From: Klebsormidium nitens
Lineage: Eukaryota; Plantae; Klebsormidiophyceae
Direction: 5' to 3'
Assembly: GCA_000708835.1 (NCBI GenBank)
Contig: DF237149.1
Span: 83,939 to 147,938 of the forward strand
DNA length: 64,000 nt
Made by a program: the position numbers and the translations under genes. Of this stretch, positions 1 to 12,400 are shown piece by piece (the first letter of the stretch is position 1; every line of letters begins with the position of its first letter). The notes under the pieces are model-generated. The model was not told where the DNA came from and did not search any database. It saw only the letters and a program-made list of their open reading frames with translations.

Positions 1-153
1 AACAGAACGCAGGAAATCCGAACTAGACAGAAAACTCAAGGGTAAAGCGCACGGAGACGACGATTGCTGGCGAGTAAGAAGTTCAGAAAAGAAGACATGA
101 AACAAGGGGAAGAATCTAACATCCCAGAACGATGTAAAAGTGCACGCGCTCAC

Positions 154-1356
154 ATTTCCCGCATGTCTTTACAGAGCACGACGATTTTGGGCTGTCCGCA
201 GGCCTCCCACTTGCTGAGAAGCGCCCGGTTCTGCCGCTGGAGGTCGTGGTACGTACCGACGGCCGCGTCTGCGGTGGCATCACGCAACGAGTAAGCGGTG
301 AAATGTCTAGACTTGACCTGAGACCGAATCAAGCTGCGCCACCTGGCAGGTTATGACCTGCACATGCAAGCTTAAAGTAGAAACTCCTTCAGCTTGTGCA
401 GATCCGTTTCGGAATGAATTTGAAAAGAGGCATCGCTGACGCCCTTGCTCTTCTTGGCTGTCCTCACTTGCGCCACTCTTTGTAGACTGGCGCACCTAGT
501 TTGGAAGGGGTTTGAATGGGCAAACCCGAAATTCATTTTGGGCCCTATCTGATTCAGTCTGCGGCCGCATGCCTGCGTGTGTGACATGCGTCGCGCGCGG
601 CTCGCCTCCTGATGGTACTCTGAACATGGAAGCTGAGGCGCTTGCGCGGCCTGCAGACTGGCTTCACAGAGATGCAAGTAGAACTCGAAGTTTGCCCGTC
701 CGACAAAACGGACGCGCGAGTCTTGATACTTGAAAAAGAAGAAAGGGAAGCTCTCACGTGAGCACTGCGCTGCGATCTTGCCACCACCCATCTTCAGATC
801 TTGTCGAACAACCAACACCTGCAAGAAGGTGACATCATGCAGGCATCAGCTATCTGGCAAGAACGGATGAAAGCTTGTCTTTGAGTAGCGTGAATTCACG
901 CAGAGCACGCAAAAATCTAAGGATGAGCGGTTCTTACTTTGCAAACGTGAGAGTGAGTGATTGATATAACCTGGAAATACTTTTTGGGTTTTGAGGGAAC
1001 ATGGAATAGAAAAAAAGGACGAGCTTGTCAACGAAGTGACTGCAAACACAGGCAACAACAGTAAGCTCGGATTCGTTTCGGATTCTCAATCAGCTGCGCG
1101 ACGGAAGGCCCACCATTTTCATCTCTTGCCCATCGCTTGCGAACGTTGCTGGCAGAGCTGCGTTCGACGGCCCCGACTTTTGCACCACGCCCTTCGGAAG
1201 GTCCGCTCTTCGAGGCAACGGCTTTCTGCCCTTTCTCTTCCCCCCGTTTTCCGATGCGGAATCTTCCGGCCCTTCGTCAGACGCCCGACTTTGGTGGGCG
1301 TGGAGCCGAGATAGCAGCCAGCCAATCATGAGGCCAGGGAGAAAGTGGGTGATCAT
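154..1356 (-). CDS. PTH2: Peptidyl-tRNA hydrolase 2 (PTH2/Bit1 family), 3' partial; continues off the left edge
   Basis: Exons 1356-1114, 818-758 and 268-154 join in phase as ...EMKM|VLVVRQDLKMGGGKIAAQCS H|AAVGTYHDLQRQNRALLSKWEACGQPKIVVLC, which contains the PTH2 signature motifs. The N-terminus is hydrophobic (FLPGLMIGWLL). The start could be further upstream because the ORF is open to 1530. Confidence 0.9.
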
Positions 1357-1775
1357 TGGAGGGGGCTTCTCCTTTTGTGGCTGCAAGGAATGGATGTTGA
1401 GTTGAGTTGAGTTGGATGAACAGATTTTGTTCGCAGGAGTTGAGGACATTGGGTAGGGGTTTGGCAGCCGTGGGCCAAGGTAACCAGTGCGTAACCATTG
1501 GAGGGGGTTTTCTTCCATGGCCATCAGCATTTTGAGAATCAGATTGCTTAGAGCATGAAGTTACAGTAGCGCAAGGTCACAAAAGACTGAAAGAGGCCGG
1601 GCAACAATGACAAGGCCTGGTTTTAAAAGCGTGAATCAGAATTGCATGGATATGGCAAGGCACTTTCAGAAGCAGTCCCTTAGTGATTTCGGCGAAGTTT
1701 GAATCGTGTCTTTAGTAAAGTGCGGTGTGAGCAGCATTGTAATGGCAGAATCAAATGGGTGGTTTTTCCAGGACG

Positions 1776-4700
1776 ATGGAGCGTTCAAGGTAAGAACCAA
1801 CCCCCTGACCAATAAGCAGTCCTAGCAGGAAGCTGCTTGAGAAGCGGATGTTTCACGGCAAAAGGTCAAATGCTGTCATGCTGTTTAACTAGAAAATATC
1901 TAGAAGCCAGTTTCACCAGGAGTTGTTGGTAAATTAGTCACAAGAACAAAGTATTCCTGGTCTTGCCTGAACGACTGCCTTCTCTGGTGGCCTGTAGTTG
2001 CCCCCATAGCCATACACTGAACTCATCGAACTTCCGCTCAATGTCTGCTGCGCCAAGCTTTTAGAAACCGAGGCTGGACCTTGAGGCAACCAATGCAAGT
2101 GCAAACTTTGGACTCCTTGGTTTCCAGTGCAGACTGATTGACATCAATAGGCGGACATGTCTGCTGTCGTGTCAATGTTACGCATGTACGGTTGATCAAG
2201 CATATGCAATATCACTCGGTATTGCAAACAGGGCTACATGCCCTCTTAGCAAAAGTATCGCTAGTGCAGCGCCAAATGCTGTTGATAGAGAGGTAAAAGG
2301 GCTACCGACAGTGCCGCCTTCAGCAGCAATATTGCACAGAGAAGCTGCTTTTTGGAATCCCTCTACAAGCGTGGCGGCTTGACCATAAAAGGAGCTGAAT
2401 GATGCTTTGGCACGGCCCTTGTGTAATTACAACCCTGGGACATTGTGACAATGGCAATGGCGGGCCAGCTGATTCCAGCTGCATCTCATGGCGCATAACT
2501 AGACGAGAGCTCTGAGTCTCATTTCAAGAGCTCTATCCTTGATTTAATGCATATATATATTCTGATAAAGTTTCTAACCCTGCCAGGCCGGGACTTGGAC
2601 CGGCGCAGCTGCTGTCCGGTGAGTGCCCATGGCACCAGTGACAGGCAGGCGGGATAAATGTTCACCGGTGGGTACCCGGCCATGACGGCGGCCGAGCTGG
2701 AGAAACGGCAAGCTAGCTGGAATGAGACCGCACACACATGTTGAGATTTAACTTTTAAGTTTTAAGCACAATTTCAGATCCGGAAGATGGAAAGGATGGA
2801 TTTTGTCACGGTTCATTGCCATTGGCATTGGTGTTCGCCCTGTTGAAACACACTCTTGACGGCATTGGAATGGGAAGAGCTTTGGAGTTTGAAGCAATTC
2901 CGCAGTTCTCTCACTTTCTCACGTTCCTCTCGAAGATTTCTTAGCACGAGTAACCATATTGTCCTCGCCCTCTGAGATTGCAATCGTCTTCTGAGCTCCT
3001 GCTGGCGGTTGGCTGGGCAAAGCAGTTAGCAATACAAGCAGCAAGCTGGCAATGCACATGGCATTGCTGCCAGAACCGGATCTTCCAGACAGATCCGTCA
3101 AGACTGCTGGTGGGGCCTTACAGCAGAGATCTCTGCATTTCCTTTCGTTCTGTCAACTTCCTGGGTGAATGTTCTAGTTGCTGGAGTGGCTTCGCTGCTG
3201 TGGTTGCTTGCATGTTGTTAGGGCTGCAGCAGTCAACTGCTTCATTTCAGCTCATGCACAGTACCTCGGTCATACATTGCTTTTACCAGTTGGGATCTCT
3301 GTAAATACACTACTTCCTCCCTTGATTCCTCTCTGATTCGCTGACGCCTCAAAAGAATAGGAGCCTTCTCTCCCAAATTCTCAGGACTTGCAATGCAGGT
3401 CTACCAGCACCTGCGCATCTAAGTAAGTATCCATACGCATCTAAATGAAAAGGCCCAGCACTCAAATACTAGTGCTGAGAGAAGAACGAAACACTAGCCT
3501 CTTCTGGCAGGTCCCTTGCATCACTACCCACACACCGATCTCGAATCAATCAAGGAGGCAGCCCCGACCGTGCCCCCCGTCTCTCGATGGGGCCTCGCGC
3601 CCTCGTTTTGGGCCCACATTCCGCTCCTGGCCGCTGATGTCGAGGCGCTGCAAGAGGTGCCGGGAGTGCCAGGTAGGGGGCTCAGCTGCAACTGGTTCGT
3701 AAGGAATCGCTCGGGCTGTGTAGCATCTTTGCGTCCGCTCAAGCGATCTAATCGTCCGCTCGAGAGATCTCAATGGTTTGTGAGCACCGCAGAAGGGCTT
3801 TGCGCTTTTTGGTCAACGTGGACAGCGATTTCAACGTCGCCGGTTAGTTCACTCGCGCCATGGGCCCGTGAAAGGTGGACATGAGCCCTTCTCAGACCCT
3901 CTTTTGCTCCGTTTTCGTCGTGCACTGTCTTAGCCTGTTGCAGCCCACGCTGTTGGCCTGCAGCGTCCCGTTGCGGTCCTCCCCGTACCAGTGAGGAACT
4001 GTCAGGGACTCGCAACCAGGGTTTTGGCATCTGTATCCCACTAGGAATCTTTAGAGCCCAAGAAGCATAGTGGGCTGACCCGCTCGTGCAGGGCAGCAAA
4101 CCGGTTGGGCACAAAAGCTGTTTTCGGAACGGTCTGGTGGCAGCACTTGACTGTCCTTTACGAGGTTCGATTGCCTGTTTGCTGTTAAGTTCGATGTGCT
4201 ATTGGACCAAGGAGTTATGCTGAATCTTCTTGCCAATGCCGTCTTTGTCGCGCGCAGGCAGCTTTGCGCTGCGCGGGCAGCCCGTGCGGCGAGTGGAGGT
4301 GCTCGGGGTGGCGGTAGAAGTGGAGTGCCGCGACAAGTCTGCGCGCTGCATAGGTGAGTCTCACAGAGCTAAAAGTATCGATGCCTCCGAATGGGAAAAC
4401 GGCTCTCTTTTGAGAGGGTGCTGACAGAGGGTTGAGGTGTTGGCGGTTGCGTCGAAGTCGAGTGCCGCGACAAGTCAAGGCGCTGCGTAGGTGAGTTCCA
4501 ACTTTTGAACATGACAGGGAAAGTGACCCTCTCTCGAACGATTCTGGCAGACCGTAAAGCTTTACTAGGAGTAGTATGGGTGCAAAGTGTAGCGGTTGAA
4601 GTGGAGCGCCGCGGCAAGGCCGCCGTACAGGTCAGTTCTATCAAGCCAAGAGCCGATGACTCTGGCCGGGAGGAAGGCCCTCTTTTGGATAGGCTACTGC

Positions 4701-6939
4701 AGAGGCTGGAGCCCCACTTAGATACGTTTAAGTTGAAGAGCCTCGTTTGAAGCCACGGAAGAATGGCTACCGGGTGTCGGGGCCTGACTTATTTTGATAG
4801 AAAGAAAGGTCGCCAAAGGAAACACACGGGTATGAGTCTGGGTCAGAAGAACCGTGGAAAGTCAAGGTAACAGATCAGAGGGACGTTCGAAACGGGATGC
4901 GATACACACTCGCTGTAAGAGTTGCCTGACGGTGCCTGCATCTACACGTACCACTCTTACATTTTTGAGGAAACTTGTTGAAACACTCGATTAACCGAAG
5001 GGGATTCTCTCAGTCCAGATCTGAAATTTAAAAACGAAGTCGTCACAGCATCGTTCCTGTATTAAATGATGGCTGCGGACTGGTCCTGGCGATGCTGTGG
5101 CTAATCTCTTTTGTTAAAAAGGCCTACAAAGAAAGATGACAAGACAGAAGATCCTGGTCTCCTGGTTAGTGTCAGGCAGCCGCAGCCTCCGATTGCAGTG
5201 GATGACGGCTCCGGGTAGGTCCTGACGACTTGTTAACGGACAATTCTTGTCGCAAAGTCATACCAGAAAATCCGACAAAAACAAAGTCAGCTGATATGTC
5301 AGATTCGTCACCGCATCCGCGACTGCAGTGGACGACGCACTGGGTCGATTCCGGCCAGTCTTTTGCCGATCTCTTGTTTTCCAATGATAGCAACTAATCG
5401 GTTGAACACAAGAGTTGCTCAGAAAATCAAGCAGATTCAGTGCAGTTGCGGTCCTCGATTGCAGCGCGCGACAGCACTGGGTTGCTCCCGCCGATACTGT
5501 GGCTGATGAGCTTTGTCACACTTCAGAACCAAAAATCCAACAAGGAAAAATCTAGATTCCTGAACAGAACTATCACCCTGTCCCCACGTTTGCAGTGGAT
5601 GACGGCACAGGGTTGGTCCCGGCAATTCTGTGGCTACAGCCGAACGGCGCCAGCAGTGACGCCCCGGAAGACAGCCGGCATGCCGTAGCGGCAGGCGTTG
5701 AAACGGCGTTCGCAATTAAGGCTGCACACGAGGTGAGACGATTTCGGACGCCCGAAATAGGGCGGTCTTGGACATATCAACTATGTCTAGATCTTAAGTG
5801 GACGATCTTTTGAAAGTTTACTAACTCAGTAAGGCTATTTGTACCTACACTCGAGAAGAACAGCCACCGTCTGACGAGCACTTGAGATAAGGCAGTGGGA
5901 CGGCGTGCTTGAAAATCCTGAGCTGTTGCACTCTTCAGCTTTAGCGACTCATGGGCACGGGTGTTCATTTTCCGTCTTTGCCTCTCTCATCACTTGGGTT
6001 TGTGATCGGCCATTGTCGACCATTGTTACGTCGACGGAACGATTTGCAACGTAGATCTCAAGCAAAGCAATCACGACGGAATCTGACACTTCAAAGGGCT
6101 GTGCAGACCATAGTCATCCACAAGCATAGGGCTATACCATCTTCGTCCTTGAAGATCGCCTAACCCCGCTCTATGTGTACCTTGTTGCTTTTGTGCTGGG
6201 CCGGTAGTGGGTTCTGAAACATGAAGGCCTCGGAAGTTTGGCTCGGGTTTGACGTTTTCAGCTTTGTGTCTTCGCAGTTGCAGCTGGGGCGGCTAGTGCG
6301 GGTGCAAGGCCGAGTGACGCAATACCGGGGAGTGCGGCAAGTTACGGTCGACGCCTTGCGTAAGCCCGCTGAACCCTTGAATAAAATAACTCCAAAACCG
6401 CGTGTGCTGCAGCTTGGCAGCCTCCTCTTCTCATAATCCTCGAGTAGGCGCAAGAAGGGTGATAGCAACAGTGACAAAAGAAAGAACTCCCAAATGTTTA
6501 CGCTCCACAACGTAATTCACCCGAACCCCCTAGTAACGTCCTTGTGCTCCGATGTTACTCAACCTAGCACAAGTTGAACCGATGGATGGTAGGGTGTTTT
6601 TACCTACTTGAGGCCGGAGGCTCTCGGAAAATGAGATTTTCGCTTGCACAAATCAGAAACAGCAGGCAAGTATCATGGGTCGTTGCTTGCACAAAGTAGA
6701 AACAGCAGGCAAGTATTTTCAGTCAAATTCTGAGCATCTTTTTGATTTTGCTGGACATTTGGTGAATGTTATAGCGGAACCGTCTGGCCGATTTCGGAAC
6801 ATAATACTGGTCAAGCAAAGAACTTACTAACCCCGTAACTCTTGCGTTTGCAGAAGTTGAGAATAACCCGAACGCCGAAGTACTGCACTGGCTGGATTGC
6901 ATTCGGATGAAGAAGCAATTGCGACAGCAACAGCTTTAG
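1776..6939 (+). CDS. STN1: CST-complex telomere protein STN1 (OB-fold), about 202 aa
   Basis: Exons 3511-3672, 4258-4353, 5596-5732, 6278-6359 and 6854-6939 join in phase: RWGLAP...VPGVPG|SFALRGQPVRRVEVLG...|VDDGTGLVPAILWL...|LQLGRLVRVQGRVTQYRG|...NPNAEVLHWLDCIRM*. These match STN1 motifs (WGLDP, VDDGTG, DPNAEILHWLEC). The first two small exons (1776-1789, 2587-2618) fit the phase but are less certain. Confidence 0.88.
4425..5505 (+). repeat. Degenerate copies of the flanking STN1 exon ends inside the 4354-5595 intron
   Basis: Copies of ...GAGTGCCGCGACAAGTC..GTAG|GTGAG near 4440-4497 and 4585-4636. Copies of cag|TGGATGACGGC..GGG..CTGTGGCT near 5065, 5190, 5325 and 5465. Confidence 0.8.
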
Positions 6940-9413
6940 TAGCGCGGATTGAGATCTCTTTCCGAGCAGAAATGCTTGATCAATAAATGCGTCCAAGCCG
7001 GGCGCCCAGAAGCGAGCGGAGTGCACTTTACGTGCTCCGCTCACAACTGACGGCTGCTTGAATCAATACAAAAGTGTTAGGTACGTTGAGGGTATCTGAT
7101 TTGCTTGACGAGTTGTTTGTGAAGCAGGAAATGAAGAGTAAGGTTTAAAACAGCGTGAAAGACGCTTGAGACAGCAGGTTAGACTGACCAAGGTGATCGT
7201 TTAATCTTTTTCATCAACTGGCTTTCCATACTTTTTAGCGCAACTAGGTTAGGCGTTTGGTCACTTTGAACAGCATCGCCGTTAGGTTGAGCTGATACAA
7301 TCCTGGCTAAGTAGGCGGGCACAAATTCAACGACGCAACTCGATCAGAGACAAGATATATGCGCACTTTAATGACGATGGCGGACCCAGCGCAAGTTTGG
7401 TGGTGAATAGAGGCAATGCAGTACGGCCGGACAAAATCCAGAATAGGTAGTGATGCAGCATGACCCCCGATCGACCCGACCTCGCTAGGGTGACGGTGCA
7501 CAACATGCAGGCAGGCTTGTTGCACCAGGTCAAGTTAGTGCTCGATTGTCGAGATTAAGGCTTGCAACTAATTGACTGATCAGTTAAATCAATTGGAATC
7601 AAATGCACGATGCGCTAATGGAATTGAAGACAAATCCGTAATAGTACTCGATGTTACTATTGCGTGATCGCTGCAAGCTACTCTCATGGTCTCCTTTTTA
7701 TAGTGCACAGCTTAGTAGCCCCCTGGCGCATGGCGTGCCCATGAGGCCCCAGGCCGCATCCGTCATGTATTGACGATTGATACAACGTCGATAGTCGTTT
7801 ATTAAACATGCATGTTTGTTTCTCGCGTGGCGGCTTCTAAGATTGAATGCACTATACGTCATCATCATGGCATCAAACACAGCTGCATGTGACATGCACT
7901 CGAGATCGATTTGTGCTGCACGCGCCACTGTGCGCGGCTGGCATCAGATCTGATGCTCGCACGTGCTAATGATGATGTGTACATGTTCAATCGATAGGTT
8001 CCTCAAGCTGATTGCCTGGCTTGCTGTCATCAATAGACCTGCAAGACATCGATCATGCACCACGGTTGTAGATCAAAGGACTCGGTGCACCGCAAGTGCA
8101 ACTTACTAATTAAGCACTAATTACTTTGCAGCTTAGAGTCCCTACAACTGCAAACTTACATACTGTTTACAAAGGCAACCCTTCGTTGGCAAAGTAGCGT
8201 CTCAAATATCCAGTCGCCAATGTCTAGCTCGTTGCTGACCTTGCCATCTTAAGTGACGTCAAACCGCGATTCTTGATTGCCAGCAAGGATCGGCAACGCG
8301 TGTTCTCTCCTGTGATCAAACCAGGCTTTCAAACAACGTGTTCGATGGTCCTTTTGCCCTCTTCTAGGCTGATAATTTAGGTGCCCTGTGCCAAGCAAAA
8401 GTGGCCTACCGCTGACTCTGTGCCAAAAAAGTGGCCTACCGCTTAGTCTACGCTAAATGACGTCCACGTGACACCATATTTATGCGCAAAACCACAATAA
8501 ACCTGCTTTAAGACCGAACTATGACTCATCCTCTAGATATTAGCATACTCTCCTAATAACTAAAGACTGTCGCTCGTCTTCTCTACATACGACGTGCTAG
8601 CTTAGCGCTTTGCACCGCTGCCCCACCTGCACCACACTTAGAAAGTTCGTGGTCAGAGGCCACGCACAAGATGCACGCAATAAGCACAACAAAGTGGCAA
8701 TCAGCATGCACCGTCGCAAAAGGCATTCTCTCAAAGCATCTCATACTCCATTGCTAAAGAAGAAGCGAATCAGGTACGACGGTAACGGTCCCATCTAGCT
8801 TCTACAAGAACATCTTCACAATATGAGTATCACCTTTACAGGATTGAGTTACCCATGTTCTTATTCAGTAAAGGTATGCCTAGTTTCAAAGACCGGGCTC
8901 CCCCGTGATGCTGCAAGTTTGCCTAGAAATGGCACGAGCTGACACATTGCCAATCGGACGGCTATTACGTTCTTGGATGGAACCTTTCTTTCCAGACTCG
9001 GCATCGGAAGTTAGTCACAACGAAAGTAGAACCGTTAGGAAAAGCGAAGGGAAGAAGGGCACGTTACGAAGCGAAGAAGGTACAAGATATAAGAAGCAAG
9101 GGAACGGCGTGAAACAGGCCTGAAGAGTCGTCTGGGAAAGCTGGCTAAGCAGCAAGAGAGAAAGCGGGAAGAGAGGACGGAGGACGCAAAACGCAGACAC
9201 CAAGCTGCTGATAGAATCCCCGCATCGCAAGGAAAGAGGACGAGCGGACTGAAGGCGAACGAATGAGACTCCAAAGGAGAGCACAGACCTGAAACGAGCA
9301 AACCACGTAAGAGGAGCTACTTTGGGTTGTCGCTGTCTGAAGTCATCTGTTGTGACTCCCAACAAAATAAGCAGCCTGAGACTAGGTCCAGGAACGCTCT
9401 TACCTCCAGCGGG

Positions 9414-12400
9414 CTAGGAGATGGCGACCGCGTCTGCGTCCATCTGTACCATCGCGTCGCCCTCCGCCTTCTCCTTCTCAATCTCGTCGGCCTCGGGCAG
9501 CTTGCGGCTCTCGTCGTCTTCCTCCCACAGCACGAAGCACGCGAGCGTGCGCGGGTCTTGCTTCTCGACAGCCAGCACGTAGGGGCGCGGGCAGCCTGGG
9601 GGCGGAACGGCGGAACGGTCAGCGAACTCAGCGGAATAACAATCGGACCCGTTATTTCCAGAGCACAAAGCACGGGAGCATGCGCGGGTCTTGTTTTTCG
9701 ACAGCCAGCACGTAGGGGCGCGGGCAACCTGGGGGCGGAACAACGGAACAGGTGAGCGGAATGTCAATGGAAGATCAGCGGAACGAGGTTGGACGCATTT
9801 ATCGGACAGCAAGAAGCATGCGAGCGTGCGCGGGTCTCGTCTTCCACAGCCAGCACGTAGGGGCGCGGGCACCTTGGGGGCGGAACAGCGGAATAGAAGA
9901 GTGGAACACAGCGGAACAACAAACTGATCCGTGTTGTGAGCATGCGCAGGATTGAGATTCTTCGCAGGCAGCACGTAGGAGAAGTAATCATGCGAGCCAG
10001 AAACGACAAAGTGCGTCAGCGGAATATCAGCGGAAGGTCAGCGGAAGGAACGGTTCGGGTTCTTGCTGCAGCAATACGGGCGAAGGCAGAATTTCAATGG
10101 CCAGCGCGAGATCGCAAATAAGGTTTGACGGAAGGAGCGGAAAAGATAGACAGGTCCACGTAATTGCCCGCATCCAGCAAATAGTGGCCGCAACCCAATT
10201 CCGCTCTCACCTTGGATGGTCCGGATGAGCGGATCGGCGCCGGACTTGAGCAGAACGCGCACAATCCCCGACAGCTTGTTGCTGATTGCCACGTGGAGCG
10301 GCGTGAAGCCATACTGGTTGACCGCATTTACGTCGGCGCCCTTCTCGATCAGCAGCTTCACAGCATCCACGTTGCCGTTGCCCTGTGAAAGAGGCGACGT
10401 AAGCGCTTTAAAATTCAAATTGGACGGTTTAAGTTGGAAAGAAACACCTACGTCAGCGCCATTCTTACTGACATGCCTCACGGCATCCCCTTCTGGAGGA
10501 AATGCTAAAGTTTCAACACTTCCAACATCACTCGTCAGACCCTACCCTTCCACAGCGAAGTGCAACACGAATGCCAAAAAAAATGTGGACCCCCAATCCA
10601 TATGCAGACCAAATGCAGGTAACAGATTCTGAACACCTATCGCTCAGAGCAATCTCAAGACCCTAACCTACCTAGATGTGCTCTCCGGCGCCGCTCGTTC
10701 GACCATGCCTCCCGTGACAAAGCGCGACACGATTGCCACCCCATACACAGACCCTAAGCGTGATAAAAAAGCTCAAAGAAATCCAACCCAAACTCAAAAG
10801 CGAATACAAACGCAAGACCATACCCAAAACTAAATCTCAAACCCGGATTCGAACGCAAACCCAAACCCAAAGCCAGACCCATACCCAAACCCGGATCCGA
10901 ATGTAAACCCAGACCCAAACTCTGGGAACCAATTCAGATTCAACCCAAACTCTAGATTAACCCACTTGGATGTACTCTCCGGCGCTGCTCGTGAGACCCT
11001 CCCCTCCCGCAGCAAAGTGCAGCGCAGTGTCGCCCGTCTCGCTGCGGAAGTTGATGCGGGGCATCGACCGGATAGACGCCAGGACTGGCTTCCAGGCTTC
11101 GGCGCCCTTGTCTGAGTTCGCCGCATTTCGGAAGGCACTGCAACGAAAGCCGAATGAGAGGCAGTATTTAGAGTTTGCCGGACCTTTGCGGGATTCTGGG
11201 GTTCTGGAAACCTGAATTTTCTTGTTGGGGAACGAACCAGCTGGAAAGCAGGACCGATTTCAACGCCTCGGCGCCCTTGTCCGAATTGGCCGCATGGCGG
11301 AATGCGCTGCAAGAATGATGAACAAGAATGTGAGAACGTAAAAGTCAAGAGGTTATCAAACTTTCGCGAATTCTAGGGTATTGGGCGTTCTAGGGTTTTG
11401 GGGGCATAGCCTAATTGAGGCCGTCACAGGCTTCCGAGCCTCTCCGCCATCCCCAAATCCCCCGCGTTTTGCAAAAGGCGCTGCAAAGAGGAAAGGGCTG
11501 GGTCGGAGTCTGCCAAACTAGGGCGCAGCATGTAGACAATCTGTTTACTTTGTTATATTGAGTTTGGATGCGGGAACTATTTGAGTTGGGGGGCTCTAAC
11601 TTTTTGAGGGCACAGACCAAGCGGAACCCAACACACGCTTCCAATGCTCGGGGCCGTTTCCCGACTTGGCTGCATTGCAGAAAGCGCGTACAGCCGAAGA
11701 TCCGTCATCGCGGACCACCCCAGCTTCGGTGCTCGCGTCCAACTGCCGCGGCCGAGGGTTCACACTAAAGGCTTAGCGTCTCTTCAAAACCAAGGATGCC
11801 CTCCAATACAGTAGAATCCGACTTAGGGTTCACGGATAGAGAAACCGTTGGAATTCGTGCTTGCGGATAGTGTTCACGGATAGAGAAACCGGTGGAATTC
11901 GTGCTTGCGGATAGTGTTGACAAATTTCATGAATTTTGATAAGACTGAGACCGGAAGGCCAAAACAAAGAACTTTAATCTACAAGTTGGCCCACCTGAGC
12001 AGCGCCGAGTGCAAGAGCCAGCCGGCTACGACCTTATCATAAACCTGAGTCGGTTTGCCTAAAACTTCGGCCAGTATCAACATCGCCCACCTGAGCAGTA
12101 CAGATTGACACAAGCAAAAGTTCAAGCCCGTAGAACCACAAGTGTGTCAGGATGACCGCCCACCTGAGCAGCGCTGAGTGCGAGAGCCACCCAGAGATGG
12201 CCCATGGCGTTGACACGAAACTGCTTCGTTCTTAAGGATTGTAAAACCCCAAAAACGATGGTCCCAAAAATGCCCACCAGATTGACACAGTTAGAAGTTC
12301 TGCCCCTGAAAGGAGTATAGTGTCAGGATGACCGCCCACCTGAGCAGCGCTGAGGGCGAGAGCCAGCCGGAGATGGCCATAGTGTTGACACAAAACAAGA

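Larger units (their letters stand above)
9414..11137 (-). other. Ankyrin repeats and acidic tail (C-terminus of the fusion gene)
   Basis: NFRSETGDTALHFAAG...GNVDAVKLLIEKGADVNAVNQYGFTPLHVAISNKLSGIVRVLLKSGADP, ending ...DADAVAIS*. Confidence 0.9.

Noticed and set aside
10830-11348. Gly/Phe-repeat ORF (GFGFG)
   Set aside because: Artefact of an intronic hexamer microsatellite.
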